In this document: positions 40,831 through 40,974 of the stretch, one piece after another
Position numbering within the stretch: the first letter of the stretch is position 1
Layout: every line of letters begins with the position of its first letter
Source: a virus
Lineage: Duplodnaviria > Caudoviricetes
Length of the DNA: 40,974 bases
Virus record (IMG/VR): IMGVR_UViG_3300004241_000009
Coordinates: 1 to 40,974 of that record
Strand: one strand, 5' to 3'
Notes under the pieces: generated by a model
What the model saw: only the letters and a program-made list of their open reading frames with translations
The model's database searches: none
What the model was told of the DNA's origin: nothing
Made by a program: the position numbers and the translations under genes

Positions 40831-40974
40831 AAGGAGTGGTGATAAGACCGCCTGCTTTGATGATGTCCCATGCGCCACTCATCATCTCGCCTTGTTCGAT
40901 TTTCTCGGGGAGTTTGTCCATGCTACGAACAAGCTCAAGACTCGCTTCCTGAATCGGATTTGAGCCGTTAAGGA
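40739..40974 (-). CDS. 3' end of the giant internal virion protein (continues from 1..6454)
   Basis: In-frame continuation through the 60-bp overlap, with the stop at 40739. Confidence 0.9.
   Translation of the reverse strand, partial: LNGSNPIQEASLELVRSMDKLPEKIEQGEMMSGAWDIIKAGGLITTPFNPAGAAPSTLDRVAKDTTTLFYELTGEND
40915..40974. repeat. 60-bp terminal direct repeat (copy 2)
   Basis: Identical to bases 1-60. Confidence 0.97.

Overview
This appears to be a complete, circularly assembled podovirus-type phage genome of about 40,914 bp: bases 1-60 are identical to 40915-40974. Almost all genes lie on the minus strand. The structural block resembles BPP-1/T7-supergroup phages: TerS, TerL, portal, scaffold, major capsid, decoration protein, tail adaptor, tail nozzle and internal/ejection proteins. 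It ends in a ~2,209-aa ORF that crosses the contig junction and is absent from the ORF track; this ORF contains an ART-PolyVal-like ADP-ribosyltransferase domain. Replication and recombination genes are lambdoid: initiator, DnaB, Sak4-like ATPase, SSB and a PD-(D/E)xK nuclease. Also present are a MazG-like gene, a lysis and head-fibre cluster, and a plus-strand island with two HNH genes. I found no integrase, CI-like repressor or RNA polymerase. The most unusual signals are non-coding. A 0.5-kb ncRNA cluster at 35.0-35.5 kb holds a 141-nt tRNA-shaped RNA with an expanded anticodon arm and a switch-like RNA. Two unrelated leaders in front of HNH genes share a terminator kissing-loop design. The capsid leader contains repeated bulged hairpins, three promoters share an 8-bp-period ACGG repeat, and a TCATCAC motif recurs where Shine-Dalgarno sites would be expected. 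A Verrucomicrobiota host is a weak inference only. All family names come from motifs recognised by eye, not from database searches.
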